64,000 bases of DNA from Octopus sinensis (GCF_006345805.1 NC_042997.1:88908001-88972000), one strand, 5' to 3'. Counted from the first letter of the stretch, positions 23,760-37,208 are shown. Program-made: numbers and translations. Notes: generated from the letters alone by a model not told the origin.

Positions 23760-24152
23760 TGTCTGGCAGAGCCGTTTGAGCATCGGACAAAATGCTTAGA
23801 ATTATTCCTTCCGGCTCTTTACGTTCTGAGTTCAAATTCCAGCGGGGTCGACTTTACGACTTTACCTTTCATCTTTCGGGTTCGATAAAGTGAGTACCAG
23901 TTGAGCACTGTGGTCGGTGTAATCGACTTAACCCTTTGTCTAAATTTGCTGGTCTGTGTCAAAATCTGAATCCATCGAAGGCAGCGAGCTGGCAGAATTG
24001 TTACTGCGCCGCACAAAGTGCTTAACAGTATTTCTTTCGGCTATACGTTCTGAGTTCAAATTCCGCTGAAGTCGACTTTGTCTTTCACCTCTTCGGGGCC
24101 GATAAAATAAATACTAGTTGAGAACTGAAGTTGATGTGATTGATTAGTCCCT
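23760..24152 (+). mobile_element. Two tandem SINE family B copies (~23760-23972 and ~23978-24152)
   Basis: Each has TACGTTCTGAGTTCAAATTCC (B-box) and the TTTCA.C..TTCGGG..CGATAAA module. Confidence 0.8.
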
Positions 24153-24248
24153 CATGGTATTTCGTTTTTCGATTACATCGTTGCTAGTACTCTGTAGGTA
24201 ATTATTGCATCGACTGCGAAGAAGCATGATGGAAAAAGTCAGCTGCGG

Positions 24249-24319
<71 letters not shown>

Positions 24320-24337
24320 ATATATATATATATATAT

Positions 24338-24388
<51 letters not shown>

Positions 24389-24466
24389 TGTGTATAAATA
24401 TTCACCAAAACATACAAACACACATGCAGGCACACGCACACACACACATTCAGAGAGAGAGGGGGA

Positions 24467-24530
<64 letters not shown>

Positions 24531-27500
24531 AGAAACCATTGTTAACTTTCTACACATCTTTAGATATTAAAAGACTAATAGAAAATCATTTCTTACCTCA
24601 CTCTCCACATACATTTCTATTTCTGGAATTTTATTGACTTTTTCCTTCGTTTCATTAAATTTCTATGTTTATTACTTTGTTACTATTAATATTTTCAGCT
24701 TTCTTTATATATTTCTTTACTTAAAACAAACTCATAGACTCCAAAGTTAAAGTTTGAAATCACCAACAGTCTATAAAAACGCTTTACGATAAAAATATTT
24801 TTACTTAATTAAGTCTTGAACCAATTTACAATTTGAGCAATTTTTATTTTTATTTTATTATATTTCATTTCTCTTTCAAAAGAACGTTTATTTGACGTTT
24901 TATGTCACCATCTTCATTTTCTCTCATTCAGTCCTGAAGACTATTTTCGAATTATATTTCATTTGCCTTAACATTTAACATACACCGGAGCATTTTATTC
25001 ATAATGATAACAGTTCGGAGAGAAAATAGACTACAGAAAAATGTATAGATGTGTCAGCTATACCCGCCAAATCATATAATTTCCATATTCGTTAAATATT
25101 CTGATTTAAATTTTAGTTTTCTTACTTTCCCTCAGATTTGATTCAACAAACTTGAAACCAGTTTTTCACACAAGAACGTTATAAATTGTTTAACGTTTCC
25201 TATTCAAATCTATTTTACTTCCCCCAAAATAACCTTTCATAAGTGTGAATCAAAAATCAAAAGAATCTCGAAATCATTCCCTTTCTGTCGCTTATCCTCT
25301 CTCCCTCCCTTCTCTATTTCTCTCTCTCTCTCTCTCTTTCTCCCTATCTATCTATCTATCTATCTATCTATTTACGTGTGAGTAAGTGAGAAGTAAACAT
25401 AGTTGAAAATCCACATCGAAAGATTTCGTGGAATCAACCTTGTGATCAACTATCATTTTAAGCAAGTTTCAGCCCTTGATACGTAAGGTATGAACTGTAT
25501 GCATGCAATAGACTTTGCTCCTTTTTAATATATGTATATATGTGTGAATGTGTGCGCGCGCGTGCCGAATTGTTCCTTCTTGTCAGTTGTATAGCATCCC
25601 CATGATGAACCGTTTGCAAAGTCTCCATGTTATCCACAATTATCTCCAAAGTTTAAAATTCTAACACATTTAAATTCATACATACATACATACATACATG
25701 CATGCATACATACATACGTGTATGTGCACGCGTGTGTGTGTACGTGTTGTGTGCATATGCATGTATGTATACACACACACACATATATTGCTCGATAAAA
25801 TTCGTCGTTCGATTGTGGTTGTTTCTCGATTTTAAACTGCTGACTCCAAATTCATTGTGATGCTCAATATCTTTTTATGTTATTAACTATAATACCAGTT
25901 CTTTATTCATAGTCTTCGCGCTTATTCTGGTTGATCAGCGAATCAAAATAAGATATTTGCTATGACGAGCATATATTAAATACTAGAGTACATTCCCTGG
26001 CATATGAGGCAGTGCAAGTCGAATGAGATGATTTCAATGAAAAATCCTAAGTGGCACATCTACATTCACTCGGTTTGAGAGCGTATCATTTGTTTTACAG
26101 GACTGTCTATATCAGACAATAAGATAGCGCAATAATATACTGATACAGAAATAATATCTAACGTGTATATTTAGGGAGAGAAAGGGAAAATTATATAGAA
26201 TTTGGAGACAAAAACAGATACTGAAAGCAATAAAAAGTTTGAATCTATATCCTTAGGCAATACATTGTTATGTACATTTATGTATGTGTATATACACTTT
26301 ATGTGTGCGCGCGTATATACTTTATTTATACTTACATACATATATACGTGCACACACACATATAGAGATGTATGTGTGTGCGCGCGTGTGTATGTGTGCG
26401 TGCGTGTGTGTGTGTGTTTGTGTGAGTGAGTGTACTATTCTCATTATTAATATTTTGAATATCAGTAGGACAAGGAGAATATAAATTGAAAGAAACCAAA
26501 ATAAAATGGTAAAACTGAGAATGTGTGTGTGCGTGTGTGTGTATGTGTGTGTGTGTGTGCTTGTGTGTGCTTGTGTGTGAGTGTGTGAGTGTGTATAAAA
26601 AACAGAGAGTTTACAAATTGATTCTTCTCATTTCAAAGGAATTGCCGACTCCGACAATTGTAGATTTTATTTTGTATCTATTGCATAGAATTTCCAGACA
26701 TTTGGTTGGGTGCACTAGCAACAGGAGATCGATAGTTTATTGCAGCATGGAAACTATTTTTTCTGAAGGAAGCCACATACAATTTTGGAGACTTTATCCA
26801 TTAGGAAAATACGTGCAGACGATAAATGAAGGAAAATCTAATGACAGAATTCGTCTGCTTCATTGAGTTGCTAATGGGACGTATATAATCCATACGTGCA
26901 TCTATAAGTTAATTACCATTAAGTTTGTGTGTGTGTTATATCGTATGTTTAAGTGTATGACTGTGAATGAATGATATACGTACATGTATACACATACACA
27001 CGTATACGTGCACACACATATATTAGATATATTTGTGTATGTGTACCTGTGTGTATGCATGTATATATGTGTGTGTGCATGTGTGTGCATGTATGTATGT
27101 ATGCATATACTATACGAACACTTACGTGAGCATGGTCGTGTCTGTTTATGCGTATATATGTATATGCATTTGTTTATGTATGCGTTAATAAGGTATGTCT
27201 AGTTATAAAAAAAATTATATGGACAAGCGAAAATATGTAAAAATATATAGATGCAGACAGACACGTTGTTGATGTTTCGTACCGGGCCAGCCCTCGCCCA
27301 ACAGAAATATGAATTGACCGTGACCATCCCAATTTTCTTTAAGGTATCGGTTATCCAAGATTACATTATCAAATGTTTCCTGTTTTATTTCAGAAAGTAA
27401 GGTATGATTCTGAGGGAAATTTGGTTGCTAATTTTAGCAAGTGGGGCAACCGCATGGTTTAGCATATATCTATCAATTCATACCTGTAAGAAGCTGATCT

Positions 27501-28116
27501 TCTTTAACACGTATAATATAATACATGTTTCTAATTTTGACACAAAGTCAGCAGCTGTGGAGAAGGAGTGTGTCGATCCCCGCGGAATTCCATCTCAGAA
27601 CGTAATGACTGATGAAACGCCGCTAAGCTGTCAGCTCGCCGTCTTTTCAACACGTATAATATAAAAGCTTAATGCTAGATTGTGTACAGTTTTTTAACTT
27701 GTAAGCGTTGCATCTCAATGCAGAAGGTACTTTAAGCAATTGACATATTAAGCAAAATATTTTTTCTTGCTTTGCTCTAAAATGATTTGGAGTTAAAATA
27801 CCTGGTTAGAGTATATGGGCCCAAAAGTGAAATATGGGTTCTATCTAAATAGGTTCTCATTCAGCGCTTGTCCATTTAGAACAGTAGCACAACGTGTGTT
27901 TTGAGCGCCCTGGATGGTACTCGATTTAGCAGCTCTTTCCTTGCAAGTAACATAACTTCAACGACAACAAATATACGTATGTAAAGTGACTGCTCTGTGC
28001 GGTCTGCATATTCCACTCACCTCTCGCTACCGCACTTACTCAGAATTTACCATGCTATTTAGATTTACATGTACACACACACATACACACACATATACAT
28101 ATATATGTCTATGTGC

Positions 28117-28147
<31 letters not shown>

Positions 28148-28234
28148 TGTATGTATGTATGTATGTATGTATGTATGTATGTATGCATGCATGTATGTAT
28201 GTATGTATGTATGCATGTATGTATGTATGTATGT

Positions 28235-28483
28235 ATTCTCTGCTATTTTTTAAAATTATTATAAATCTTCTACAAGGATCCTTCTTTGGGATGTAGTTAA
28301 CCCAGACAAATTCACATTTGGAACTTGAGAAAAGTCTTGCGTATTTTTACTGTTCCACTCACAGATTGCACTTGTAATGTACGAATTAGCCGTCGATTTC
28401 TCTTTCTGAAAATCCCAGTTTATCCAGATTCTCCTTTAAGCATTTACTAACAAAACATAGTGCTCCAATTATTATTGCTATGA

Positions 28484-28485
<2 letters not shown>
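28235..28485 (-). mobile_element. 3' fragment of the (TACA)n-associated RLE LINE
   Basis: FIAIIIGALCFVSKCLKENLDKLGFSEREID..LIRTLQVQSVSGTVKIRKTFLKFQM*, homologous to the C-terminus at 47445-47684. (TATG)n on both sides. Confidence 0.85.
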
Positions 28486-28514
<29 letters not shown>

Positions 28515-28650
28515 TGTATGTATGTATGTTTGTATGTATGTATGTATGTATGTATGTATGTATGCATGTATGTATATATGCATGTATGTATGTATGTATG
28601 TATGTATGTATGTATGTATGTATGTATGTATGTATGTATGTATGTATGTA
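28486..28650. repeat. (TATG)n microsatellite between two head-to-head LINE fragments
   Basis: Directly visible. Confidence 0.95.
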
Positions 28651-30071
28651 TTTTGGTTGTTGGAATGTGCGCACACTTCTTGATAATTTCAACAAGTGGC
28701 CAGATAGGCGTACTGCACTTAATGCTTGTGAGCTCAAGAAATATTCCCTTGATATAGTTGCGCTCTCTGAAAATCGTCTCTCTGGTGAGGGTCATGTAAA
28801 TGAACCTACTTATGGATATACTTTCTTTTCGAGAGGCCTACCTAAAGGTCAGCGTAGTGAATCAGGTGTTGGGTTTGCTCTCAAGAATACATTAGTATTC
28901 TCCATTGCAGAATTTCCAAGTGGTATATCTGAACGGATCATGTCATGCCGTATTAAACTGACAAAAGGTAGGTTTCTTATCGTTGTCAGTATTTATGCAC
29001 CAACAATGTCCCATTCTGATGAAACTGTAGGACAGTTTTATGACGATCTAGCACGATTATTGAGGAAAGTACCAATTTCTGACAAGCTGGTCATATTGGG
29101 AGATTTCAATGCAAGAGTTGGAAAGGACTATGTTTCATGGCTTATTTTAGGTCCACATGAGATTTGGAAAATGCAATAAAAATGGAGTAGCTCTTTTGAC
29201 GCTTTGTTATGAGAATAATCGGGTTGTCACCAACACTCTGTTTAAGCAGAAAAAATAAATATAAACCCACCTGGATGCACACAAGATCTAAGCACAGGCA
29301 TCTCATAGATTATATTCTGGACAGGAAACGTGATATGAAAGGCATTTCTAGCGTTCAGGTCATGAGAGGGGCAGAGAACTAGACTAACCATCATCTAGTG
29401 CGTGGAAAAATAGATTTTTCGATAATGCCTAAAAGTCGACAGTATGGTCCTAAGGTACCCAAAAAGTTAAATATTGCAAACTTTAAATTATCAAGCAACT
29501 TGCAAAGATTCCACCATGCTATAGAGAGTATCAATCTTGACCTAAACAATCTATGGGAAGATTTCAAAACAAAAGTATTTCAGGCTGCAAGTTCGTCAGC
29601 GGGATTTAAATCTCATAAATCCATAGACTGGTTCTCAGAAAGATCATCAGAAATTCATGATCTACTTTTTGAAAAACATAACTTAGGCGATACACTTCTT
29701 TCTCAGCCCTTGAACCCTAACTCAAATGAAACTTACAGAAACTTGAAAAGGAAGGTGCAGACTGCTCTAAGGAAAATTAAACAGGAATGGGGAAATGATA
29801 GAGCAAAAGGGGCACAAGAAGCAGCTTTTAGAAATGATGCCAAGGGTTTGTACTCTTATGTTAAGGAGGTATATGGCCCAAAATCTTACTCAATAGCTCC
29901 TGTGAGAACAGAAAATGAACGTTTTCTTCTGACACCGCTTCTCTTCATAAGCGGTGGGTAGAACATTTTTCTGCACTTTTGAATAGACCATCATACGCTG
30001 ACGTATGGATGATAGAAAAAATTGAACACCTTCCAGTTATAGAAGAGATGGCATTTGAACCAACTCTAAAT
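28651..30071 (+). mobile_element. RTE-BovB LINE fragment: APE endonuclease plus linker, no RT
   Basis: GCWNVRTLLD, DIVALSENR, SESGVGFA, SIYAPT, ILGDFNARVG, W.H..S....LIDYIL motifs. Ends at EPTLNE|(GAA)n. Confidence 0.92.
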
Positions 30072-30431
30072 GAAGAAGAAGAAGAAGAAGAAGAAGAAGA
30101 GAAGAAGAAGAAGAAGAAGAAGAAGAAGAGAAGAAGAAGAAGAAGAAGAACAACAACAACAACAACAACAACAACAGTACTTGACTGGCTGGCACTATAT
30201 TTATCGATCTCCTAGAAGAATGAAAGCCAAAGTTGACCTCAGTGTGATTTGAACTCAGATCGCAGAGAGTCGGAACAATTGCTGCAGTTATTCGTGCATA
30301 TTTGTGCATTGTATAAACCAGGTGTTCAAATGCACACATCAGACAATACACAACACGCCCCCACCGCCACAGAATATGGCCCATTAATAACATATTGCGA
30401 TGGTGACAGAGGTTATAACAGCAGCGGCGGT

Positions 30432-30522
<91 letters not shown>

Positions 30523-30788
30523 ATTGTGTTACGTACCGATACTATTGTTAGCATTGATGCTATATTGGAATTAGTGAGGTGGATATATAAAGATGTTAAG
30601 TGATGCTGGCAGTGGTTGTCACTGTGGTGGTATGCTGTTATAGTGATGAAAGTGGTTTTGGTTGAAATTAGTGGTGATCTTGGTAATGGTTGAGGGGATG
30701 GTTGGCAGCAGACATCGTTGAGGTCTTCTTTCAATAAAATAGCAACAGCAGGGGTAGCTGTGATGGTGGTGGTGGTGGTAGTAGTAGT

Positions 30789-30823
<35 letters not shown>

Positions 30824-31095
30824 TAGTAGTAGTAGTTGTTGTTGTTGTTGTTGTTGTAGTAGTAGTTGTTGTTGTTGTTGTTGTTGTAGTATGTTATTTG
30901 CTTTTCATCTGCTGCTGCAACTGTTGACGTTGTTAATGATGATGATAATAACGTCGACGAAGACGACGACGATGATGTTGATGATGATGATGATGAGGAG
31001 GAGGAGGAGGATGGTGACGGTGACAATGACGATGATGATGGTGATGATAACGACGACGACGACGACAACAACGACGACGATGATGATGATGATGA
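30072..31095. repeat. Cluster of trinucleotide microsatellites (GAA, CAA, GCA, GTA, GTT, GAT) with a SINE B fragment at ~30175-30275 (-)
   Basis: Directly visible. Confidence 0.9.
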
Positions 31096-32035
31096 TAGAA
31101 AAAAACCTACATTTTGTTTTTGGTGGTTAACATTATCATTAAAAGCAGCATTCCTTTTCTTACACATTTTTTTTTTCTCACACACATCTCTTCATGCAGC
31201 AACATTCATCGTTTAACAGACTTGCTGAGCTAATGAATTTCTGTACGAGAAAGAATGATATTTTCTGCCTGAGATATCACTGAGTGCATTTTAGACGAGG
31301 AACGAGGACTAAAGAATAGAAACAAGAAAATGAAAACAAAACAGCAACAAACAAAAATAGAACAATGTGTACTTTGCAATCCGGTGAAGCTTTTCAATCA
31401 AGTTCTTTCTTACTGAAAACTCAGACACCAGTGTATGTACGCGTATGTATGTCGTTGTGCGTCGAAATATTCATGATTGCATGTTGTGTGTATGCGTTTG
31501 TGTGGCTTGTGGTTGGGTTTGTTTTTGTTTATTTTTAGTTGTTCAATATTGCTATTTATTATTAAAAGAAATCATTATTGCCATTATTATTTCAGCAGTC
31601 TTAGTTTTATTGCTTGCTTTCACTGCACAATTGAGTGCAGCACTGCGTGCTTTTGGGTACACGTGGAACTTTGTTTTGTTTTTGTGTTTTCTATTGGAAG
31701 TATTCTACGTAATGTGTGTGTGTATGCGGTGCAGCTGTCTGCTAACGTCTGTATATTGTTTATGTGCGTATGCACTGGGTGTCTGGGTTATATATTTGTC
31801 TTCATGTCTTTTTATCATTTTCATACGTCTGCTTTCAGTCCCCCACATACTGGATATCTATATTTCCAGATGTAAATTTCAATACATTCGCCATTTATTT
31901 ACTTTCTTATTTAATTATAATATTTATTCATTATATATATATATTTATTTATTTTGTTTGCTGAGTCTGGAGGAAAGGACATATGCCTTGACCTGAGATC
32001 AGCGAGTTTGATGTCGTTAACGTTCCATTTAATGT

Positions 32036-32194
32036 GTTGCGAGCAGAATAATTAACACACCGGACAAAATGCTAGGCGGCATTTCGTCCGTCTTAACGTT
32101 CAAATTCTGCCGAGATCAACTTTGCTTTTCATTTTGTCAGGTTCGACTAGCTCTCTCCCCTAAAATTTCAGGCCTCGTGCCTATACTAGAAAAG
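32036..32194 (+). mobile_element. SINE family B with tail 1
   Basis: CGGACAAAATGCTAGGCGGCATTTCG...TTCAAATTCTGCCGAG...AAATTTCAGGCCTCGTGCCTATACTAGAAAAG. Confidence 0.75.
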
Positions 32195-32250
<56 letters not shown>

Positions 32251-32332
32251 CATCATTATTATTATTATTATTATCATTATTATTATTATTATTAATTATT
32301 ATTATTATTATTATATTATATTATTATTATTA

Positions 32333-32381
<49 letters not shown>

Positions 32382-32403
32382 CAACATTATTATTATTATT
32401 ATA

Positions 32404-32455
<52 letters not shown>

Positions 32456-32506
32456 CATTATATTATTATTATTATTATATTATTATTATTATTATTATTA
32501 TTATTA

Positions 32507-32582
<76 letters not shown>

Positions 32583-32585
32583 CAT
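32195..32585. repeat. (ATT)n microsatellite, ~390 bp
   Basis: Starts exactly at the SINE B tail. Confidence 0.97.
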
Positions 32586-33863
32586 TCATTGAGAAACTCA
32601 CGTTTCACAGGGCCCCAAGTACAAGATAGTTTCTTAGAAAGAAAAACATATTTCACCCAGTTTTACTAACAGAAAGTTTTCAAATTATTTGAGGATTGAT
32701 CCATTACCCGGAGAAGAAAAAAGGTTTGCCTTTGGGCATCTTATGAGGTTTAAACATTTGTAACAAATAATCAATTACACTATATTTACACATGTTACAA
32801 GATGGTAATCTCAGAAGTAGCAGGAAAAGGTGCTCATAAATTTGGTGATAGGAATAATGCATACACATTATTTTCAAACAAAAAAATAAAAAGGGTCAGG
32901 CAGAAGTTAAATCTTAAACATTTACATGTGTACAAATGAAGGCAGACACACAATAAAGAATACTATTGAAACCATTATTTTAAATGGGAAAATTAGAAGG
33001 GGTAGCAAAGCCGATACCATTAATAATGTTCCAACATGTACTGATGTACTGATGTTGTGGATCGCAATGGATGATTCAAGGATGCTCAAAGAAAAGGAAA
33101 CAATAAATAAGGTTTGACACAAATGGCAGAACCTCCTTGCCCCTCGAACTTATTCACGAAATGGTAAGAATTGCGACATACCTCTACTTTTCAGAAAAAA
33201 GAAATAATATACGCTTTCGTACACTCTCAGAAGAGGAGTTGGAGGATGTCCTTAGAGGACGCTCTTTGGAGTAAGCCCTGGCCGATATGTGGGAAAATGT
33301 ACACTGCATATCAAGATTGGAGCATATGAAAGCATGTGCTTATATATGTGTTTTTCGTTTTTTTTTAGACCGAAAATGGGGTGAGAACAGCGGTGCTTCT
33401 CACACTTTCTCTTACAATAGTACCACAGTACATATGTTTAGGGACCACTAAGAGTAAATAAACAGACGCCGACCCTTGGCTAGTCGTCATATTTGCTCAA
33501 CATTATGGCCAAAAGGAGCATGGAAATAATCTGCAACCTCATGTGTTCATACGGGGTATGTATGCGTATCAAATCCTAATAATCCCACCCGGGAATCATT
33601 TGACTACAGCGCTATCCCGATGTGGTACTCCAGATGGAACGAAGAGAAGGTCAAACAGACTGATGGCGCAGAGAAGAGGGTCTGTTGCTACACGTGTGGT
33701 GAAAAAGACCGGAAGTGGAGCAACAAAGAGAAAAAGGAAGACAATACAAGAAGCATTACCAACAATAACAAGTCTCAGGATGTGCTGATACCGACGTTTT
33801 TGAAGCACCACCGGTGGCATCTCATTGAGTGTGTGTGTGTGCACGTGCACATATATAATACAA

Positions 33864-33913
<50 letters not shown>

Positions 33914-34364
33914 GGGAGAGAGAGAGAGAGAGAGAAAGAGGAGGGAATCGATTAAATTAGCTCATAATGTTATATAATCTTGCATATTGTTGCCAAATTG
34001 TATGATGTACTGTGTTCTTCATAAAATTTTCCTACTGAAACATATGAAGTAAAGCACAAAACAACCAGTCGTTCCATCTTTATTACGATGTGTGTGTGTC
34101 GGTGTGTGTGTGTGTGTGTGTGTCGGTGTGTGTGTTGTGTGTGTGTGTGTGTGTGTGTGTGTCTGTGTGTGTGTCTCGGTGTGTGTGTGTGTGTGTGTCT
34201 ATGTATGTACGTATAGCTGTACGTAGGGTTTTACAGAATGTTCTGTTCGATTACAAGTTTAAACCTGTTGAAACCTGTTTTTTGTAAAAACTATAAATAT
34301 TAGTGGTATTCACTGATGTATAAGTTCTCATAGAGCAGCAGCTATATTTTAGTATATTAATTTT

Positions 34365-34875
34365 TTATATGAAGAACTCATCATAGAACCAATCAAAGAG
34401 CACATTCATCAGATTATGCTTTATGCGTTTTACAGAGATTCTAATGTTAGTGAACAGGCCAAAACATTGCAATAGTTTTCTTGGTCAAAATGCAGTGAAT
34501 GAAAAAAAAACTTGCAGAAAGTGGTGTGAAAAATTCAGACATGACAATTTCAATTTACTTGATGAATCTAGTGCAAAACAGCTTTCCAAATTGGATGACA
34601 AAATGACGGAGATATCACTAGTAAGAAATCCGATTGTGAGAAAGCTTTCCATTGCGTTTAATGCAAGCATTTTGCTCATTCATAATCATTTGAAGAAGCT
34701 AAAAATGTTTCATAGTCGGGGAAATAGATTCTTCATGCTCTTTCGACAGCAAATCGTCGACAAAGACTTCATATCTGTGAATTGCCCCATGCATTTTAAC
34801 TCCAAGCAACATTTTAAAACAGGATCTTGACTGAAGATGAAAAGTTGATTATTTACAGCAATATTACACAGCGTA
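34365..34875 (+). mobile_element. Decayed mariner transposase N-terminal fragment
   Basis: KEHIHQIMLYAF..., NAVNEKKTCRKWCEKFRHDNFNLLDE, IHNHLKKL, RILTEDEKLIIYSN across frameshifts. Confidence 0.75.
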
Positions 34876-34881
34876 TAGTAA

Positions 34882-35025
34882 AGCGGCGAGCTGGCAGAAT
34901 CGTGAGCATGCTAAGCAAAATGCTTAGCGGCATTTCGTCTTTAGGTTCCGAGTTCAAATTCCGCCGAGGTCGATTTTGCCTTTCATCCTTCCGGGGTCGA
35001 TAAAATAAGTACTAGTTGAGGACTA
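34882..35025 (+). mobile_element. SINE family B
   Basis: GCGGCGAGCTGGCAGAATCG head, GAGTTCAAATTCC B-box and GCCTTTCATCCTTCCGGGGTCGATAAAATAAGTAC. Confidence 0.85.
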
Positions 35026-35309
35026 AATTGTGCAAACATTTGAAACAAATATTAGATATTATGATTGTATTTTTAAATAAATGCTAAGAAAAGGACAGAA
35101 GTTTCGACACATCTGTCTGTCTGTCTGTGTGTATGTATGTATGAACACATGCATGTGTGGATATATGAGCATGCTAACATGTTTTGTAATCCGTTTTGTA
35201 TCGACAAGTTGTATATTGAATGTATGGGTCCATATGGCCAATAAAGAAAGTATTATTATTTAGTAGTAGTGGTGGCAGTAGTGGAGGCAGTAGTAGTAGT
35301 AGTAATCTA

Positions 35310-35530
35310 AAGCAGCTGTGTGGGAGATACGATAGTGTGCCGAACTATAAAATGCCTTACAAGCATTTCCTTATGTTCTTTTACGCTGGGAGTTCAATTC
35401 CGGCACAGATCGGTATTGCCTTTCATCTTTTCAAGTATCGATAAAATAATTAAGTATCAGTCAATTACTGGAGTGGATTAAATTGACTACACCCGCCTTC
35501 CAAAATGTGTGGCCTTGAGCCAAAATTTAT
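35310..35530 (+). mobile_element. SINE family B, diverged
   Basis: GAGTTCAATTCC, GCCTTTCATCTTTTC and a tail followed by (CAT)n. Confidence 0.6.
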
Positions 35531-36429
35531 CATCATCATCAACAGCAGTATGATCACCACCACTACTTCCACTATCATCATCATCGTTATCATTATCATC
35601 AGAAGTAGGCGATGGTAGGGGTGGGGTGGGGGAAGTGGAGCTGATAGCGGCCACGCTCACCTGCATATTTCATCTCACACATCGCTTCATACATATTTAA
35701 ATATTGAAATACATAATTCGATACTGACATAATACACCTGAAAGGGGGAGAAAGGAACAGAGAGGCGGGGATGGGATAAAGGGAGAAAAACATTTGTTCA
35801 TATACATACACCTGTGTGCTTACACACACACACACACACACACTTGTACATACGTATACATACAGACAGGCGAAACAGGCAGACAGACAAAAAAGACAGA
35901 CAGACATGCCTATTGATAAAGGATGTAAAAAAAATAAAGCCGATTCAGATTCCGTGCATCAAATGATGTTTGAATTAGATGCAATCAGGTGTAATTTTTC
36001 AGTCTACATTCCCTTGGTGATACGAGATCCACTTGATGCCGATAAAGGCCCTTCATCTACACGGGATACATGCCGACGCAAGCCAACACTAGTTTCCTCG
36101 AATTCCATATTTTACCCTACATACCAATGTACAACATACCTAAGTCAGCAAAGCTCAGCATTATTGGCGATTATTGTGCCTCTTTCAACGCATTTTACAG
36201 ATTGTTTTCTTTTCTTTTTTCTCTTTTCGCTTCCTTTTCCTTTCTTTGTTTTTGGGGGTATCTATGTATCTAAGTTTTTAGTTAGAATCCAAGTATATGT
36301 CTGCGTGTTTAAGCGTAAGCGTGTGCTTTATAAATATACGCACACAAACTTATATGAATATGCATTACATACATACTTACATACATACATGCGTACGTAC
36401 GTATGTTTTGTTCTCTCATTTTTTTCAAT

Positions 36430-37135
36430 TTGAAGTCTTCCTATAAGGAAAGAGCTTGTTTCTAATAAAGATACAACGCTCAATAGTCTGGCATATTTTT
36501 ACTGTTCTGCTTACAGATTATGGAGGCGCGTGGCTTAGTGGTTAGAGTATCAGCATCATGATCGTAAGATTGTGGTTTCGATTCCTGGACCGGGCGACGC
36601 GTTGTGTTCTTGAGCAAAACACTTCATTTCACGTTGCTCCAGTCCACTCAGCTGGCAAAAATGAGTAACGCTGCGATGGACTGGCGTCCCGTCCAGCTGG
36701 GGAGCACATACGCCATTGAAACCGGGAAACCGGGCCCATGAGCCTGACTAGGCTTTAAAAAAAGAGCGCTTACAGATTATATGTGCGTGTTTGCTGGTTG
36801 ATTTCTTTTTATGAAAAGCCTAACCTTTCCAGACTGCCACTTAGGTTTTTGCTCACAAGACCAAATGCACCAATTATTATAACTAAAAATATGAATTTAA
36901 AATCTGGGTATAGAAATTGAAGGTTTCAAAGTAGTTGATCATAGTTATCCTCTTTCTCTTTGATTTTCGAAAAAATATTCGCATTAGCATTGTGATTTTA
37001 GGTAGCCTATATTTTCAAGAATGGTGTTGAATCAGTTTGTTACGTAATCAAGTGCCCAATAATTACAGGTATAAATCTAAATCTATATTTTGAGTAATCT
37101 GCTTGTTTCTCATTGCTTCGGCATAGATATTTTCC
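36430..37135 (-). mobile_element. Two tandem C-terminal fragments of the RLE LINE family, the second interrupted by a SINE
   Basis: KENIYAEAMRN...YRFRFIPVIIG (36990-37135), then DNYDQLL*NLQFLYPDFKFIFLVIIIGAFGLVSKNL...LERLGFS (36782-36990) continuing SVSRTVKICQT (36430-36521). Confidence 0.75.
36522..36768 (+). mobile_element. Intact tRNA-derived SINE family C with 13-bp target-site duplication
   Basis: A-box TGGCTTAGTGG, B-box GGTTTCGATTCC; TSD GCTTACAGATTAT at 36509-36521 and 36769-36781. Confidence 0.92.
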
Positions 37136-37208
37136 TTATTTTTTTTATCTGTGTGTGCATGTATGTGTTATGTATGTATGTATGTATGTATGTATGTATG
37201 TATGTATG

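Noticed and set aside
27595-27650. CTGATGAAAC motif
   Set aside because: Lies in a degraded SINE B head; no hammerhead stems.
28460-28670. Idea that CCAATTATTATTGCT (PIIIA) is the RTE N-terminus split by the microsatellite
   Set aside because: That sequence is better explained as the reverse complement of the RLE motif AIIIGAL.
36522-36590. tRNA gene
   Set aside because: A and B boxes continue into a SINE body with a TSD; no complete cloverleaf. The same applies to all SINE A and B heads.
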